The translations under genes and the position numbers were made by a program. Under the pieces are notes generated by a model, which saw only the letters and a program-made list of their open reading frames with translations, did not search any database and was not told the DNA's origin. Below are positions 1-12,543 of a stretch of DNA of 64,000 nucleotides, in pieces. Positions within the stretch are counted from its first letter, which is position 1. Every line of letters begins with the position of its first letter. The stretch is from assembly GCF_902713615.1 (NCBI RefSeq), contig NC_052165.1, positions 6,606,784 through 6,670,783 on the forward strand, given 5' to 3'. The DNA comes from Scyliorhinus canicula. Taxonomy: Eukaryota.

Positions 1-270
1 AATGATAATCTTTAATGTCACAAGTAGGCTTGCATTGACGCTGAAATGAAGTTACTGTGAAAAGCCCCTCGTCGCCACATTCCAGCGCCTGTTCGGGTAC
101 ACAAAGGGAGAATTCAGAATATCCAAATTACCTAACAGTACGTCTTTGGACTGTGAGAGGAAACCGGAGCACATGGGGGGAATGTGCAGATAGTGACCCA
201 AGCCGAGAATCGAACCTGGGACCCTGGAGCTGTGAAGCAAAAGTGCTAACCAATGTGCCATCGTGTTGCA
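1..270 (-). mobile_element. tRNA-derived V-SINE, GTGGCGACTAGGGGCTTTTCAC-tail subfamily
   Basis: Minus strand: tRNA-like A/B boxes (TGGTTAGCAC...GGTTCGATTC), V-core GGTTTCCTCTCACAGTCCAAAGAC, tail ending CTTGTGACATTAAAGATTATCATT. Confidence 0.85.
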
Positions 271-289
271 ATGTCTCCACTTCCTTTCT

Positions 290-506
290 TGAAAATAAAT
301 TTAGAGTACCCAATTCTTTTTTTCCAATTAAGGGGCAATTTAACGTGGCCAATCCACCTACCCTGCACATCTTTGGGTTGTGGGGGTGAGACCCACGCAG
401 ACACGGGTAGAACCCTATACGGACAGTGACCCGAGGCCGAGATCAAACCTGGGTCCTCAGCGCTGTGAGGTAGCAGTGCTAACAATTGCATCACTATGCT
501 GCCCCC
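290..506 (-). mobile_element. tRNA-derived SINE, short A-rich-tail subfamily
   Basis: Same head type; ends AAATTGCCCCTTAATTGGAAAAAAAGAATTGGGTACTCTAAATTTATTTTC. Confidence 0.85.
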
Positions 507-566
507 ATGTCTCTACTTTCATTGAGTTAATATCCTGGGATTTATTTTCTAACAGTATGAAGTTTC

Positions 567-1117
567 GTTAGTTAGAATTGCCATAGTCCCCGATCACCAT
601 AGGCTGCTTTCCCCTTTGAGGGGGAGAGGTGACTGGTGGCAATATAACATGAGGGTCATACTGAGAGTCTGCACCGGCTCTTGGAAAGAGCACCCTCCCA
701 AGGTCAACACCTCCACCCCATCCCCATAACCCAGCAACCCCACACAACACTAAGGGCAATTTTGAACACTAAGGGCAATTTATCATGGCCAATCCACCTA
801 ACCTGCACATCTTTGGACTGTGGGAGGAAACCGGAGCACCCGGAGGAAACCCACGCACACATAGGGAGGATGTGCAGACTCCGCACCGACAGTGACCCAT
901 GCCAGAATCGAACCTGGGACCCTGGAGCTGTGAAGCGATTGTGCTATCCACAATGCTACTGTGCTGCCACCTACTCACCACACCTCAGGCAAGGGGCAAG
1001 GTTGAGAAGGCGAGGCCTTCATGGATAACCTCGGCCAGTGCAGGAATTGAACCCATGCTGCTGGCCTCGCTCCTCATCGCGAACCAGCTGTCCAGCCAAC
1101 TGAGCAAAACCGACCCA
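567..1117 (-). mobile_element. second tRNA-head SINE family (no V-core), split by a nested HE1 copy
   Basis: Head GGGTCGGTTTTGCTCAGTTGGCTGG...GGTTCAATTCC at about 1117-1045. The body rejoins across 659-975 (GAGGGTCA|CCACACCTCAGG), and TACT flanks the insert on both sides. Confidence 0.7.
663..970 (-). mobile_element. HE1-type V-SINE nested in another SINE
   Basis: tRNA head, V-core GGGTTTCCTCCGGGTGCTCCGGTTTCCTCCCACAGTCCAAAGATGTGC, truncated CR1-type tail. Confidence 0.85.
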
Positions 1118-1118
1118 C

Positions 1119-1395
1119 TTACGAGGCACCATCACGATACACTGATCGACCTTCCCATGGGACTCGTAGAAAACGAGCTTCCCCGCTCGTGGGCGGAGGC
1201 ACGACCGGCTGGGGCTCGTTACCTTACTCTTTAATAGCCGGCCCTGACTGGGCCCGTCACTTCCATGAGTCCGAAGCGGGATCTTTTGTGTTGCATGCCG
1301 CCGCAGCACCGTTTCCTTAAAGTATAATAAAACTCCAGTTACCTCACTTACTCATGTCTCCTGGATTGTCTTCAACGCCATTTTGGTAGTGTCGT
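1119..1395 (+). mobile_element. possible LTR fragment
   Basis: GC box, TTTAATA, AATAAA at about 1325, then ...CGCCA followed by TTTTGGTAG (PBS-like). No TSD or partner LTR seen. Confidence 0.35.
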
Positions 1396-2398
1396 TATAA
1401 AAGGACTGTTGAATTCCAGGAGAGTTGCTTCACAGGAGAACGAGGGATGTTCAATCAATGCAACTGTGCTGCGATTGCTTAGACTATGAGAACAAATAAG
1501 AAAAAAACAGAGTAAACAATTAATTAAAAATTTTAATCAGTTTTCAATCTGAATTAGTAAAATATTAAAATTATAATTTCTGCTGTGAACCCGGTAAAGT
1601 ATGGAAATGATAGTTAAACATTTCATGACAAAACAATAATGATCAGCAATCTATTGTGACTGATGAAGATGTTAAAATTAATGAATAAGTGTTCAGTGTA
1701 TATGTAAATTGAAATTCATTTTTCTAAATTGAAAATTTATAAATAATCTTAAGTTGGAAAGGAAAAAACTTCTGAATTAAACATCTAAAAATGAGCTTTA
1801 TCTTAAAATTGATTAGGTTGCTAAATATTCATTATTGTTCAGCGGAGGGCAGTGGAAAGTCCTGTGGGCAAGGTGGTCTGTCAGGTCGAGAGGGGTGGAA
1901 GGAATGGCCTGGAGGCTCACTGCTGGCAAGTCAAGCTGAGTAAAACTAGGGACATTATTCCGTCTGAGAGGGAAAAGGAAGTCTTGAAAAGTTGGGGGAA
2001 AGCCAGAAGGTAGATTATAACAAAATATAAAAACACATTGGAATGAGGCCAAATCGATGGAAGAACCTTGAAAAGGTTGATGATTACTGAGAACGTTTTA
2101 AAATGAAGTGCTTTTGATTAAAGTCCAAAAACTGAAAAGGGGAATAAAATGTTGAGGAACTGTTGTAACTTTGCAGGTTTCCAGAGGAATGGGTTGGCAT
2201 GTTGCAGTGTCCTGGAATTGTGAAATCTCAGGACCTGCATAATGATGGTTTGGGTACAAAGAATGGAAATTTCAGAAGGTCCATGTGTCGAAAGAGGCAG
2301 AGGTGCTGCCACAACAGGACCTGTGATGTCTGTGACTGTTCAGTGCAAGGAGAATCCTGGTAAGTCATGGGGTGCGATTTAACTGGAAAACATTCTGG

Positions 2399-3119
2399 GG
2401 GAGGGATTCTCTCAGGCTGGGCTGGAGAATGGCCGGGACGGGCGCGAATCGCACCACGCAGCCCCGACGCCAGTCCGCCAATTCTCCGGAGAGCGGAGAA
2501 TCGGCGCCGGTGCCGGTGCGGTCGGCGAGGGGCGGTCGGCGTGATGCCGGTTGGGGGCCGCCATACGCGGCCCCCCTGGCGATTCTCTGCCTGGGATGGG
2601 CCGAGCGGCCACGCAAAAAAAAGCCGTATCCCGCCGGCGGCGTTCACACCTTTTCTTACCCGGCGGGACCTCGGCGTGCATACCTCCGGGGGTGGCCTGG
2701 TTGGGGGGGGGGGGGGGGGGGGGGGGAGGCAACCGGGGGGGGGGGGGGGGGGGCCTCCACTGAGGCCTAGCCCGCGATTGGGACTGACCGATTGGCGGGT
2801 TGGCCTCTTGGGCTGGGGGCCTCTTTTGTTCTGCGCCAACCCCTGTAGCCCTACGCCATGTTGCATCGGGGCCGGCGATGAGAAGGGAGCCACTGCGCAT
2901 GCGCACATTGGCGCCGGTCCCACTGCGCATGCGCAGACCCGCGGCGCCCATCTGACGCAGGAGATCGCCAGCTGGAGCGGCGTGGGCCGCCCCAGTGCCG
3001 TGCTGGCTCCCGGTAGGGGTCAAAATCGCTGCTCCTGAGGCCATGCTGACGCCGTCGAGAGACCTGACGGCGTTTACGACAGCGTCAACACTTAGCCTCA
3101 GGATCAGAGAATCCCGCCC
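2399..3119. mobile_element. GC-rich non-autonomous DNA transposon (PIF/Harbinger-type MITE)
   Basis: TIRs GGGAGGGATTCTC / GAGAATCCCGCCC. Internal similarity to 21874-22553 (shared GCGTCAACACTTAGC near the end). TSD not preserved. Confidence 0.8.
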
Positions 3120-4109
3120 ATCTATGTCTGGTTTTGGCCGTGTTTAATGGGGTGTTTCCTGCCAGTTGTAGCGCTGAGGAGTACATTGCCGTTCAATGGC
3201 ACTTTGCCATTTGTTTTGGTCTCGGGATGTATGTCTCCCCCGAGGCCACACTCAGTCTTTGCAAGCTCAGCATGAACGGCCCCTCGCAGAGTGGGGCTCT
3301 CCTTTGACTGACTTCCCCGATTCTCCCCCTCCCCCTTTCAAGTTCCCCCCTCCCTTGTTTCTGAATTGTAGATATTACATAATCTTCCTTAGCCATAGTT
3401 GTACAATATAGTGCTGATTTTGACATGGCAACAAGCTCGGTATGAAGAAAAACAGCTGAGTGATTTTCAACTGAATGGAAACTCTTCTGGAGATTCACTT
3501 GAGACGTCAAAGATTTGTAAAGTTCCCATTTCCTTGACTTTCTATTGATGGTTGCAGACACATGGCTGATTCCACTGGTTTCATAAACATCGTTTCTGAG
3601 GCAACAACCCACCATTTATTCCTATGTCCCAAAGATAATGAGCCATGATTTTCACTTTATTGTGATTGCAAGCTAGGCCATTATTTGTTTTCACACGGGA
3701 TAGAATTGTGGGAATGTGTTGTCCAATTGTAGTTCCTGATGTAGACTTCACAGTCCTTACAGTAGTGTATCAAGGATATTCAGCAATTCCAGCAATAGAT
3801 TGAAACAGTTCACAAAACTCAGTGTCCGTCTTCTGCTATTGGCTACCAATACGGACTGGAGAGATTGGAGCTCATCAACAGGTGCAACTCGGCATGAAAG
3901 GCACGCGGCAAGTTTTTATGTGCTCACATTTAATCAAAAATGTATACTCTTTGTTATTACTTTAACTTTATTAAAGCCACGTTCTCTTCTGACGAAATGC
4001 ATGATTGCTGGGACTATACTTTCGAAATAAATGAATTTCAGCAGGAGATACGAGTTCAAATAGTGGTTGGGAAATTTAATTAAATAAACCTGAAATAAAA
4101 AGATAATAC

Positions 4110-4240
4110 AGTAGTGTTCACCAAGCAATTACCAGCCTGTCATAAAACTCATCTAGTTCACTAATATTCTATCGGCAAGGAAATTTGCCATCCTTACCCA
4201 GTCTGGCCCCTAACTCCAAACTAATAACAATGTGGTTTTA
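4110..4240 (+). mobile_element. old DeuSINE/SacSINE1-like fragment
   Basis: CATCTAGTTCACTAAT...AAGGAAATTTGCCATCCTTACCCAGTCTGGCC...CAATGTGGTT resembles the shark DeuSINE body as I recall it. Confidence 0.5.
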
Positions 4241-4344
4241 AAAATTAATTTCTAGGATCTGGACGTCACTGGCTAGAGCAGCATTTATCGCTCATCGCTA
4301 GACCAACATTTATCGATCATTGCTAGACCAGCATTGATGGTTTC

Positions 4345-4910
4345 CCTTTTACATGAGTTGGGGTTTCTGTCTCTGCTATCCATCCAGGCAGTGAGTTTCA
4401 AACTCCACAACCCTTTTTGGTGAAAAGAATTTTCCTCAGCTCCCTTCTAATCTTTTCAAATCTATAATTTTAAATCTAAGCGCCCTTGTCACTGACCTCT
4501 CTGCGAAAGTACATAAGCCATTCTGATCCACTTTATTCAGGCCCCTCGCAGTTTCATACATCTCAATCAAATCTCCTTTCAGCCTGCTCTGTTCTCAGGC
4601 GAACAACCCCAACCTCTGCAATCTAGCTTCATAGATGCAATTTTCCCAATGTTTTCCCTCGTAAACCTCCTCTGTACCCCCCCTCTTTGGTGCAATTATA
4701 TCCTTTCTATTACAAAATGATCAGTTTGCACACATTATTCAAGTTGTGGCCTAACTGATATTTTATTTAGTTCCAACATAATCTCCCTGCTTGTATAGTC
4801 TATGCCTTGGCTAATAACTGAAAGGATCCCATGTTCCTTCTAAACCATCCTTTTGACCCACCCTACTACCTTCAGGGATCTATGGACATTCATGCCAAGG
4901 TCTCTCCCTT
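4345..4910 (-). mobile_element. decayed CR1 ORF2 3' fragment
   Basis: Degenerate match to the CR1 RT C-terminus also seen at 5602-6390. Confidence 0.6.
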
Positions 4911-4984
4911 CCTCAAGCCTTACATTGGCAAGGAAACCTGCTGGTTAGCCCCTACCATCCTCCTACTATGCTGAACACCACTTA

Positions 4985-5305
4985 GAGGTCTGCACATCTG
5001 CCGCTGTGCGTCGATGGTGGAGGGAGTGAATGTTTGCGGAAGGGGCACAAATCAAGCGGGCTGCTTTGTCCTGGATGGTGTTGAGCTTCTTGAGTGTTGT
5101 TGGAGCTGCACTCATCCAGGCAAGTGGAGAGTATTCCGTTAAACTCATGACTTGTGCCTGTAGATGGTAGACAGGCTTTTTTGGGGGGTGGGTCAGGAGG
5201 TGAGTTACTCGCAGTAGGTTTCCTATCCTTTGACCTGCCCTGGTAGCCACAGTATTAATGTGGTTAGTCCAGTTGAGTTTCTGATCAATGGTAACCCCAG
5301 GATGT
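4985..5305 (-). mobile_element. CR1/L2-group LINE fragment (family of 58935-60885)
   Basis: Encodes EYSPLAWMSAAPTTLKKLNTIQDKAARLI, nearly identical to the peptide at 52.7 kb. Confidence 0.85.
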
Positions 5306-5601
5306 TGGCCACAATCTGAAACCTCATGATTGGCATGTCCCTCACTCGATCATCAAACCTGCTTCAGTGACAAGTGCAGGACAAGTTGCCAACCTGGTAA
5401 AGGTAAAACACACAACAAAACATAGTATGCATGTAAAACAGCAGAAATAATCCTGCAGTTCTGGACAACAATTACCCCTTAACTAAAATTGTGAGTATTC
5501 TTGGTTGCCAAGCACTCTGTTTCATCTCAAGGTGAAAGATGATATACAGCTGTCTTTTTCAAGTCAAATTAATTATCGAAAAATTGCCAATCCGCCATGT
5601 G

Positions 5602-6390
5602 AACATAAGAACTAGGAGCAGGAGTAGGCCACCTGGCCCTTCCACCCTGCTCCGCCATTCAATGAGATCATGGCTGATCTTTTGTGGACTCAACTCCACT
5701 TTCCCGCCTGAACCCTGTATTCTTTTATTCTTCAAAAAACTATCTATCTTTACCTTGAAAACATTTAATGAAGGAGCCTCAACTGCTTCACTGGGCAGTG
5801 AATTCCATAGTTGCACAACCCTTGGACGAAGAAGTTTCTCCTGAGCTCTGTCCTAAATCTACTTCCCCTTATTTTGAGGCTATGTCCCCTAGTTCTGCTT
5901 TCAACCACCAGTGGAAACAACCTGCCCGCATCTATCCTATCTATTCCCTTCATAATTTTATATGTTTCTATAAGGTCCCCCCCGCATCCTTCGAAATTCC
6001 AACAAGTACAGTCCCAGTCTACTCAACCTCTCCTCGTAATCCAACCCTTCAGCTCTGGGATTAACCTAGTGAATCTCCTCTGCACACCCTCCAGTGCCAG
6101 TATGTCCTTTCTCAGGTAAGGAGACCAAAACTGAACACAATACTCCAGGTGCGGCCTCACTAACACCTTATGCAGTTGTTGCAGCATAACCTCCCTAGTC
6201 TTAAACTCCATCCCTCTAGCAATGAAGGACAGAAATCCATTCTCTTTCTAAATCACCTGTTGCACCTGTAAACCAACGTTTTTGCGACTCATGCACTAGC
6301 ACACCCAGGTCTCTCTGCACAGCAGCATGTTTTAATATTTTATCATTTAACTAATAATCTCATTTGCTGTTATTCCTACCAAAATGGATA
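5602..6390 (-). mobile_element. CR1 LINE 3' fragment
   Basis: LVRPHLEYCVQFWSPYLRKDILALEGVQRRFTRLIP, LWNSLPSEAVEA and a CR1 3' tail ending CTAGTTCTTATGTTC. Confidence 0.92.
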
Positions 6391-7070
6391 ACTAACATTA
6401 ACAACTTGGTTACACATAGCATTCCCACATTGAAAGGTGTGAAACGGACTCAAAGAAACTGGATGGATAAGAAGGCTGAATCCTTGTTCACTGTCGTGCT
6501 AGTATCATTTCTGCATAAAGTGAAGTGGACAGCAGCAATCCTGGCAAAATATAGTGGCCACATTCAAATCAGTTGCTAGCTCACATTCTACACTGTTGCT
6601 TAAGTAACCCTCCGGTTAATAACAGCATTCAACAAGCATCCATCAGAGTGAAAAACATGACATGAATGAGGAAATAATGTAATGTCAGTGCAACCCAGGA
6701 CAATGGTTTGCCAGTTTCACAGCAATAGAATTGGACTGTTTATCAGGGGCAGAAGTATTTTCACGAATTCTAAGATTCTCTGTCCCTTAAACCATGTAAG
6801 CATCAATCTCCTGCAACTGTGATTATTTCTTACACCACCTCCCGACACTGATCTCCTTTACACAGCCCGGAATATAGCTGCAAGCTCAGCCACAACATTT
6901 AAATTAGATTTTTAAGTTGGACAGATGCACCATCCTCTCCACAAACGACCAGCCCATCAGTGAGAACAAGGGAAAAGGAGGGTGACTATTTGGACACTGA
7001 GCAACTGTAATGTGCCCAGTGAATTTTTATTCTAGGCTATTAGTCTTGTCCTTTTCATGTGCAATTAAAT

Positions 7071-7380
7071 GGGGCGGCACGGTAGCACAGTGGTTAGCAC
7101 AGTTGCTTCACAGCTCCATGTTCCCAGGTTCGATTCCCGGCTTGGGTCACTGTCTGTGCGGAGTCTGCACGCTCTCCCCGTGTCTGTGTGGGTTTCCTGC
7201 GGGTGCTCCGGTTTCCTCCCACAAGTCCCAAAAGACGTGCTGTTAGGTGAATTGGACATTCTGAATTCTCCCTCTGTGTATCCGAACAGGCGCCAGAGTG
7301 TGGCGACTAGGGGCTTTTCACAGTAACTTCATTGCAGTGTTAATGTGAGCCGACTTGTGACAATAATGATTATTATTATT
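7071..7380 (+). mobile_element. full-length V-SINE, GTGGCGACTAGGGGCTTTTCAC-tail subfamily
   Basis: GGGCGGCACGGTAGCACAGTGGTTAGCAC head, V-core, tail ending in (ATT)n. Confidence 0.9.
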
Positions 7381-7924
7381 TTTAAAAACGTAACAGCAAA
7401 TAATTTTTCTATAACTTCCGAATGAATCCTTTTGTGTGGGATTTGAAGAACAGCCTTGTGCATCTTGAAATATTTGTGTTAACAGGACAGATTGAAAGAG
7501 CGTACGAAAGTAAATGCACCAACTAAGAACAAGAAAGTCAAGAAGATATGCAAAGCAAACAATATATCACAGACGTCGTTCAAAAAAACTCCACAGACAG
7601 GTGCGAATACCTTTTGAAAGATTATTCCAAGAGGATCCATTATTCAGAAACAGTTATGGTCAGCAAGGTCCTGCTTTAGAAAGATGACCATTCCATTATT
7701 GGAATTACCAGACGGATTTGAATTATCAGAAGCCGATCGGGAGCACGGTGACCGTCCGGCCAATAGTCGCAGTGTGGGATTTGGTTTATTTGGAGATTTG
7801 AGATGTATTACCATGCCATTAACCCTTTGGAATTGGCAAGCAGACTCCATGCTGGATGAAACTCATCCACTGGAGCCTGGAGGACAACCCAGATTGGCAA
7901 CAAAGAAGAGACAGGGGGGTAAAT

Positions 7925-8475
7925 GAAAACAAAATACTGTGGATGCTGGGAATTATGAATAAAAACAGAAAATGCTGGAAAGGGTCAGCAGGTCTGGCAG
8001 CATCTGTGGAGAGAGATATACAGAGTTAATGTTCCAGGTCCATATGACATCTCCAGAACTGAGGAGGCGTAGAAATGTGATGGGTTTTCTGGTGTTTAAG
8101 TGGGGATAGAGCAGCGGGAGCAAGATAGAAGGTCAGGGACAAAGATAAAGAGAGAGTTAATGGCAGTGTTAAAGACTAAAGGAGGTGCTTGACAGTGGAA
8201 CAGAGGTAAGATAGCAAAATGTGTTATTTGCAGAACAAGGGTCAACACTCTGAAAAGAAAATGGTAAGAACAGGTGACAGATGGGCCTGTTGGAAGGGGG
8301 GGGGGGGGGGGGGGGGGGAGGCGTTGGGGCAAAAACATTGGATTAAAAAAGGGAGACTAGAAGGAGGAGGGAGTTCTTGGCCTGAAGTTGTTGAACTCAA
8401 TTTTAAGTCCGGAAGACTATAAAGTGTTGAATCGAGCAATGAGATGCTGCTCCTCCAGTTTGCACTGGAGCACGG
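7925..8475 (-). mobile_element. Penelope-like element 3' fragment
   Basis: Minus strand encodes QCKLEEQHLIARFNTL*SSGLKIEFNNF (Penelope GIY-YIG-region C-terminus), followed by the terminal motif CCAGACCTGCTGA...TCCAGCATTTTCTGTTTT. Confidence 0.75.
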
Positions 8476-9169
8476 AGGTCGCACCAGATATTTTGAACCT
8501 CATCATTCTTGGCAAAACTGGACAGTGTTAAATTGCTGCACTCTCCACCTTGTCTGTCAGCTCCTGTGTACATCGTAGAATCCTGATTTTCGTATGAGAA
8601 AGAATGATTCCTTCACACAGATGAAGGGTCTGGCCGCTCAACCACAGACCTTTTTCGGGACAGCATTAACCGGATTAGAAGCCAGAGTAAGGGGGTGAAC
8701 TTTTCCCCATCATGTTTAAGACGCTGCAATGTTGCTCAAACCCAAGGGAGCCACTGAGAATCATCCCTGTGACTCCTCTTGTTCCTCCCAAGACTCTTGT
8801 AAATGAACTTCCAACAGGAGTGACTTGAAAAGTTCTTATGAACAGGAATGCTGATTACGTCCGCCCCCCGTGGCCCACAGGTTGGTTCGGATTCATTATC
8901 GAGCTGTGATCAGAAATGACCTTTCGGACCTGCTGGGCTGAGTGGATCAATCTTCTGATTGAAGATTAGGACAGCTGTAAAGGTAAACGAAAGGAAAAAA
9001 AAGAAAACTACGATCGGCAAGTTTGAAATATTCATTCTGAGTAATAATAAGCTGTATTTAAGCAAGCCCGGTGTAGCCCTGCTGTTCAGGCATCAGGAGT
9101 TGAAAAAGATCCAGTCTAAAAATATTGCTGACAGACGGAGCACCTGCTCTTTGTAGGAACGTTTCAGAG

Positions 9170-9762
9170 TGTGGCAAGGACGCAAGCTCAATTCCGACCT
9201 TGGGTGACTATCTGTCTGGAGTTTGCACTTTATAATAATAATAATCCTTATTAGTGTCACAAGTTGCCTTAGATTCACACTGCAATGAAGTTGCTGTGAA
9301 AATCTCCTCGTTGCCACATTCCCGGTGCCTGTTCGGGTACATAGAGGGAGGATTCAGAATGTCCAATTCACCTAACAAGCGCGTCTTTCAGGACTCCTGA
9401 GAGGAAACCGGAGCACCCGGAGGAAACCCACGCAGAAATGGGGAGAGCGTGCAGACTCCGCACAGACAGTGACCCAAGCCAGGTAAAGAACCCAGGACCC
9501 TGGCGCTATGAAGCAGCAGTGCTAACCACTATGCTACCAGGCCGCCCCTATGTCTGCCTGTGTCTGTATGGGTTACCTCCGGGTGCTCCGGTTTCCTCCC
9601 ATAGTCCAAAGATGTACAGTTTAGGTGGATTGGTTAATGTGGCCCAAATGGTTAGGTGGGGTTACAGGTACTGGGCCGAGTCGGGTGTCGTATCGGAGCA
9701 AAGGCCAGTGCAGACCCGATGGGCCAAATAGCCTCCTTCTGCACTGTCGGGATTCTATGATT
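9170..9762 (+). mobile_element. HE1-type SINE interrupted by an opposite-strand SINE
   Basis: Head remnant 9170-9230; V-core and CR1 tail (GCACTGTCGGGATTCTATGA) resume at about 9550. Confidence 0.7.
9232..9547 (-). mobile_element. V-SINE (ATT-repeat-tail subfamily) nested in HE1
   Basis: Complete head, V-core and tail homologous to 7071-7380. Confidence 0.85.
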
Positions 9763-9949
9763 AATGGACCATAAAGTGCGATAGAACAAACAAAGCTAAT
9801 CCCTTCTTTGAGATAGCCAATGGGGCGTGAAATTCAATGTGAACAAGTACAATGAATGAAATGAAATGAACACGGGATAAAAGCAGGCACACTGCGACAC
9901 TGAACCCATAGAGCCCACTGAAACATCAAGGGGAGTGAAATGCTTCTCC

Positions 9950-10157
9950 GTGGGACAGCACAGCTGCCTCACGGCGACGAGGACCCGGGTTCGATCCCAG
10001 CCTCGGGTCACTGTGTCTGTGTGGAGTTTGCACATTCGCCCCGTGCCTGCGTGGGTCTTACCCCTCACAACACAAAAAAGATGCGCAGGACACGAAAACT
10101 GGCCATGCTAAATTGCTCCTTAATTGGAAAAGGAAGATTTGGAAATGAAAAAAAAAG
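9950..10157 (+). mobile_element. SINE, short A-rich-tail subfamily
   Basis: B-box GGTTCGATCCC, AAATTGCTCCTTAATTGG, A-run end. Confidence 0.75.
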
Positions 10158-10329
10158 TAAAGCTTCCCTTCGAAACAGGCTTCAGAATGGCTGTGTTCTG
10201 TGAGAGGATTTGAGGACAGGCTGGCCGTGGCTGTGCTTTGCGCTCCCTAGAGCTAAGTGGAGAGAGGTACCGCATTCCTCTCCTTCAGTGTCCGTGGCAC
10301 CTGGTCTCCGATGTTAAGGACCAGCAGTA

Positions 10330-10641
10330 ATTTGCGCCGGGGTGACTTCCCACGGAGGCGGGTGAGGTGGTGGTTGGGGGGGGGGGGGGGGGGGGGGGGG
10401 GGTTGAACACCGGGAGGCCTCTGCATTCGATTTTAATCTCACTAATAAGATGAAAATGAATGCAAATCAGCTGTGCTCAGTTCCTTGCCCGTTCTGACGT
10501 CGTGCTCATGCCAGCTGGAGTGAGAGGGGAGAATTGGAAACCGTTCTGTGCCTGGCACAATTCCCGTTTCGGGGCCCTCCCGCTACTCTCCCGACAGAGC
10601 GGGATTTGCGCCGGGCGCAACGTGGCCGGGAAATCGCCCCC
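10330..10641. mobile_element. Harbinger-type MITE right-end fragment
   Basis: GC-rich, ending in TIR-like GGGAAATCGCCCCC. Confidence 0.45.
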
Positions 10642-10669
10642 AATGTCTCTGTTAACCAGAAATTTAATG

Positions 10670-10810
10670 ATCAAAGCAAATTACTGCGGATGCTGGAATC
10701 TGGAACAAAAACAGAAAATACTGATGGACAATCTCAGCAGGTCTGATAGCGTCTGTGGAGAGAGGAGGGAGCGAACGTTTCGAGTCTGGATGACTCCTTG
10801 TCAGAGAAAT
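10670..10810 (-). mobile_element. Penelope-like terminal fragment
   Basis: Homologous to 7925-8060 (GCGGATGCTGGAATC...CTCAGCAGGTCTG). Confidence 0.7.
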
Positions 10811-11659
10811 TAATGATATTGTTTTCATTTGAACAGTCTTTCCTTTCCAGGCTGTGAAATTTCAGACTTCAGAATGTTTAGCCGGTATCTGGATCTTGAT
10901 TAATAATTGAAATGCAATGTTAGTGCCAATATTTGCTCAGGTTTTGATTTGATTTCTTTGTGAGGTGTGAACCAACCTGCTGATTGACAGGTGAAGATGT
11001 TAAGTTGTCCATTGATGGATTGCGTTTGTCACTGGCTGTTTGATTTAACTTCACTACCTTGATTGCAATCATTTCACTGTCAGGGCTTTCTTACTGGCTG
11101 ATTTATTTGTTGTGGACATGCTTTGATCCTTAAACTACTCTGGTAGTTTTGTTCTTTCATTTTATTCCTCTTGGATTTTTTTCTTATTGCTCCAGGATTT
11201 CTCCATGGGAGATTCTCTTATTGGTTTTGTCTCAGTGAAGTGCATTTGAACTTTCAGGCCTGTTTGCGGCGAGGGAGGTCAGCAGTGGCTTTTAAACCTC
11301 AACCATTGGCTGGCATTTAACTTTTGGGTTTCCAAACAATGAGTGCGCGATCCAACGGCCACACTGCGCCCGAAACGCGGCTCGCGCAGTGTGACCGCGA
11401 GAAGCCGGGAGACACCGGTCCCGGGATCCACCCGGCTCGCAACTCCTCATGAGATCCAACGCGATCTCGCAAGACGTTGCAATGTAAATCCCGCCCATTG
11501 CAGCAAATCTGCACATTAGAGCGAGACAGCTCGTCTCACTTTAATGTGGAGATTCCTGAGCTTCCCGAGGTTTTGTGATTCATCCCCTTCGTCTCGGAGA
11601 TCTCGGATGGGCGCTGTACCTGGGAAATGGACAATGGTGATGAAGGTACCCGGCTACCT

Positions 11660-11920
11660 GATGGCAGAAGGAGGCCATTCGGCCCAATGGGTCTGCACTG
11701 CCCACCCCCCCAACCCCACCTAACCTTTGGACACCATTGGGCAATTTAACATAACCAATCCACCTAACCTACACATCTTTGGACTGTGGGAGGGAACTGG
11801 AGCGCCCGGAGGAAACCCACGCAGACACGGGGAGAAACTCCGCAGAGACAGTCACCCAAGGCGGGAATTGAACTCTAGTCCCAGGCGCTGTGAGGCAGCA
11901 GTGCTAACCACCGTGCCACC
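11660..11920 (-). mobile_element. HE1-type V-SINE
   Basis: tRNA head, V-core and CR1-type tail. Confidence 0.85.
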
Positions 11921-12543
11921 TAGCAGCCCTAAATGAGGGCTCTAAATAAAATATATCACATGACTTACAAGAGTCCATTCACACTCATCTGGTGAAATAT
12001 GAATATGTGCTCCAAGCTGACTTTGAAACCTCTTGCCTTGTTAGTTCTAATTCATCTCTTTTATCTCTCACAGCTGCTGCAAGTGTCCTCAGGAGCTAAT
12101 GCCAGAGGAAGACAGTCCTCAGAGGAGGTCACACACTGCAGGGAAACAACATCCCATCACTCACGTGCGCTCTCCACTGGCTCAGATACACCTGGGTGGG
12201 GCACCAAAGGAAGCTAGTTGAGTTGTCACATAAAGAGGCATACATCACGTTGTGAGCAGGGATTGATGACAGAGTGCAGTTTCCTACCTACAGGCAAACA
12301 GTGCAGTTTCCTGCCTATAGGCTGTGGTAAACCACTGTTGCACCTACATTAGGTGATGTATGGTAGGACCTGTACTACAGGTACGTCGGTAGTGCCTGCC
12401 TGCTGGTTCCGCCCAGTAGGCGGGGTATAAATGTGTGTGTCCTCCATGCTGCAGCCATTTCATCAGCTGCTGTGGGAGGCCACACATCTTAGAGCAATAA
12501 AGCCTCAGTTGTATTCAACTCTTATCTTTGTGCAATTGATCGT

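Noticed and set aside
2228-3044. Overlapping Pro/Gly/Arg-rich ORFs and a CpG-island-like promoter
   Set aside because: Entirely within a TIR-bounded MITE; high GC suppresses stops. The same applies at 21.8-22.6 and 46.2-46.9 kb.
7071-7150. tRNA genes
   Set aside because: The A/B boxes are SINE heads that continue into core and tail; no acceptor stem or pol III terminator.
7644-7926. Possible coding exon in unique sequence
   Set aside because: No recognisable protein similarity and no consistent splice/frame pair.
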